From: Adineta vaga | Taxonomy: Eukaryota > Animalia > Rotifera | DNA: 64,000 nucleotides | Direction: 5' to 3' | NCBI GenBank assembly: GCA_021613535.1 | Contig: CP075497.1 | Span: 13,020,001-13,084,000 of the forward strand | Part shown: positions 63,776 to 64,000 of the stretch, in pieces | Layout: every line of letters begins with the position of its first letter | Numbering within the stretch: position 1 is the first letter of the stretch | The notes under the pieces: model-generated | Database searches by the model: none | What the model was told of the DNA's origin: nothing | The model's input: only the letters and a program-made list of their open reading frames with translations | Translations under genes and position numbers: made by a program

Positions 63776-63820
63776 GGGTGTGGGTGAAGATGTCCTATAT
63801 TGACTCACACTCACCCTTGA
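63776..63820. repeat. Telomere-repeat hairpin element
   Basis: AGGGTGTGGGTGA...TCACACTCACCCTTGA. Confidence 0.7.
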
Positions 63821-64000
63821 TGTGCCGTTCTGTGACGGAATGTCATGGCCACTGTCAATAGATCAATATGAGTTAGACTCTGGATGCAGTCCTACATGTT
63901 TCATGTTGAAAAGTAGATATTTTTCTGTAAAGCCTTCAGTAATATCCCCAAAAATGTCCGTTCGAATGTTACAAATATATTACATTAATATATTCGTTTG

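Noticed and set aside
2260-63820. Hairpins with variable loops as a CRISPR-like array
   Set aside because: Dispersed and inverted rather than tandem direct repeats; no cas genes; eukaryotic context.
1-64000. Prokaryotic origin or alternative genetic code
   Set aside because: GT-AG introns restore frames throughout, and intact genes end in TAA, TAG and TGA under the standard code.

Overview
AT-rich eukaryotic genomic DNA with compact genes and short (about 50-90 nt) GT-AG introns. It is most consistent with a bdelloid rotifer; this is inferred from gene families, intron style and telomere-like repeats. Genes: a TPR pseudogene, a GPCR, a pepsin-like protease, two F-box/LRR genes, three receiver-like/ADP-ribosyltransferase/TPR genes, a head-to-head pair of Rel-homology-like genes, sterol C24-methyltransferase, a multi-TM protein, sigma GST, a small double-anchored membrane protein, a VWA7/HET-C-like gene, a 1294-aa triple-repeat 2TM protein, ceramide synthase, a PARP-type zinc finger protein and an NmrA-like reductase. 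There are also several transposon remnants and MITEs. Three observations stand out. (1) About 18 short dispersed hairpins have arms built from telomere-type hexamers (TCTTGAGGGTGTGGGTG...CACCCACACCCTCAAGA) and unrelated loops; one sits between every convergent gene pair and clusters flank a clipped retrotransposon. (2) A putative immunity cluster combines ART-TPR effectors with Rel-like paralogs that share inverted kB/NFAT-like sites. (3) Three ORFs splice in frame into a single-chain trimer with DEG/ENaC- or P2X-like topology.
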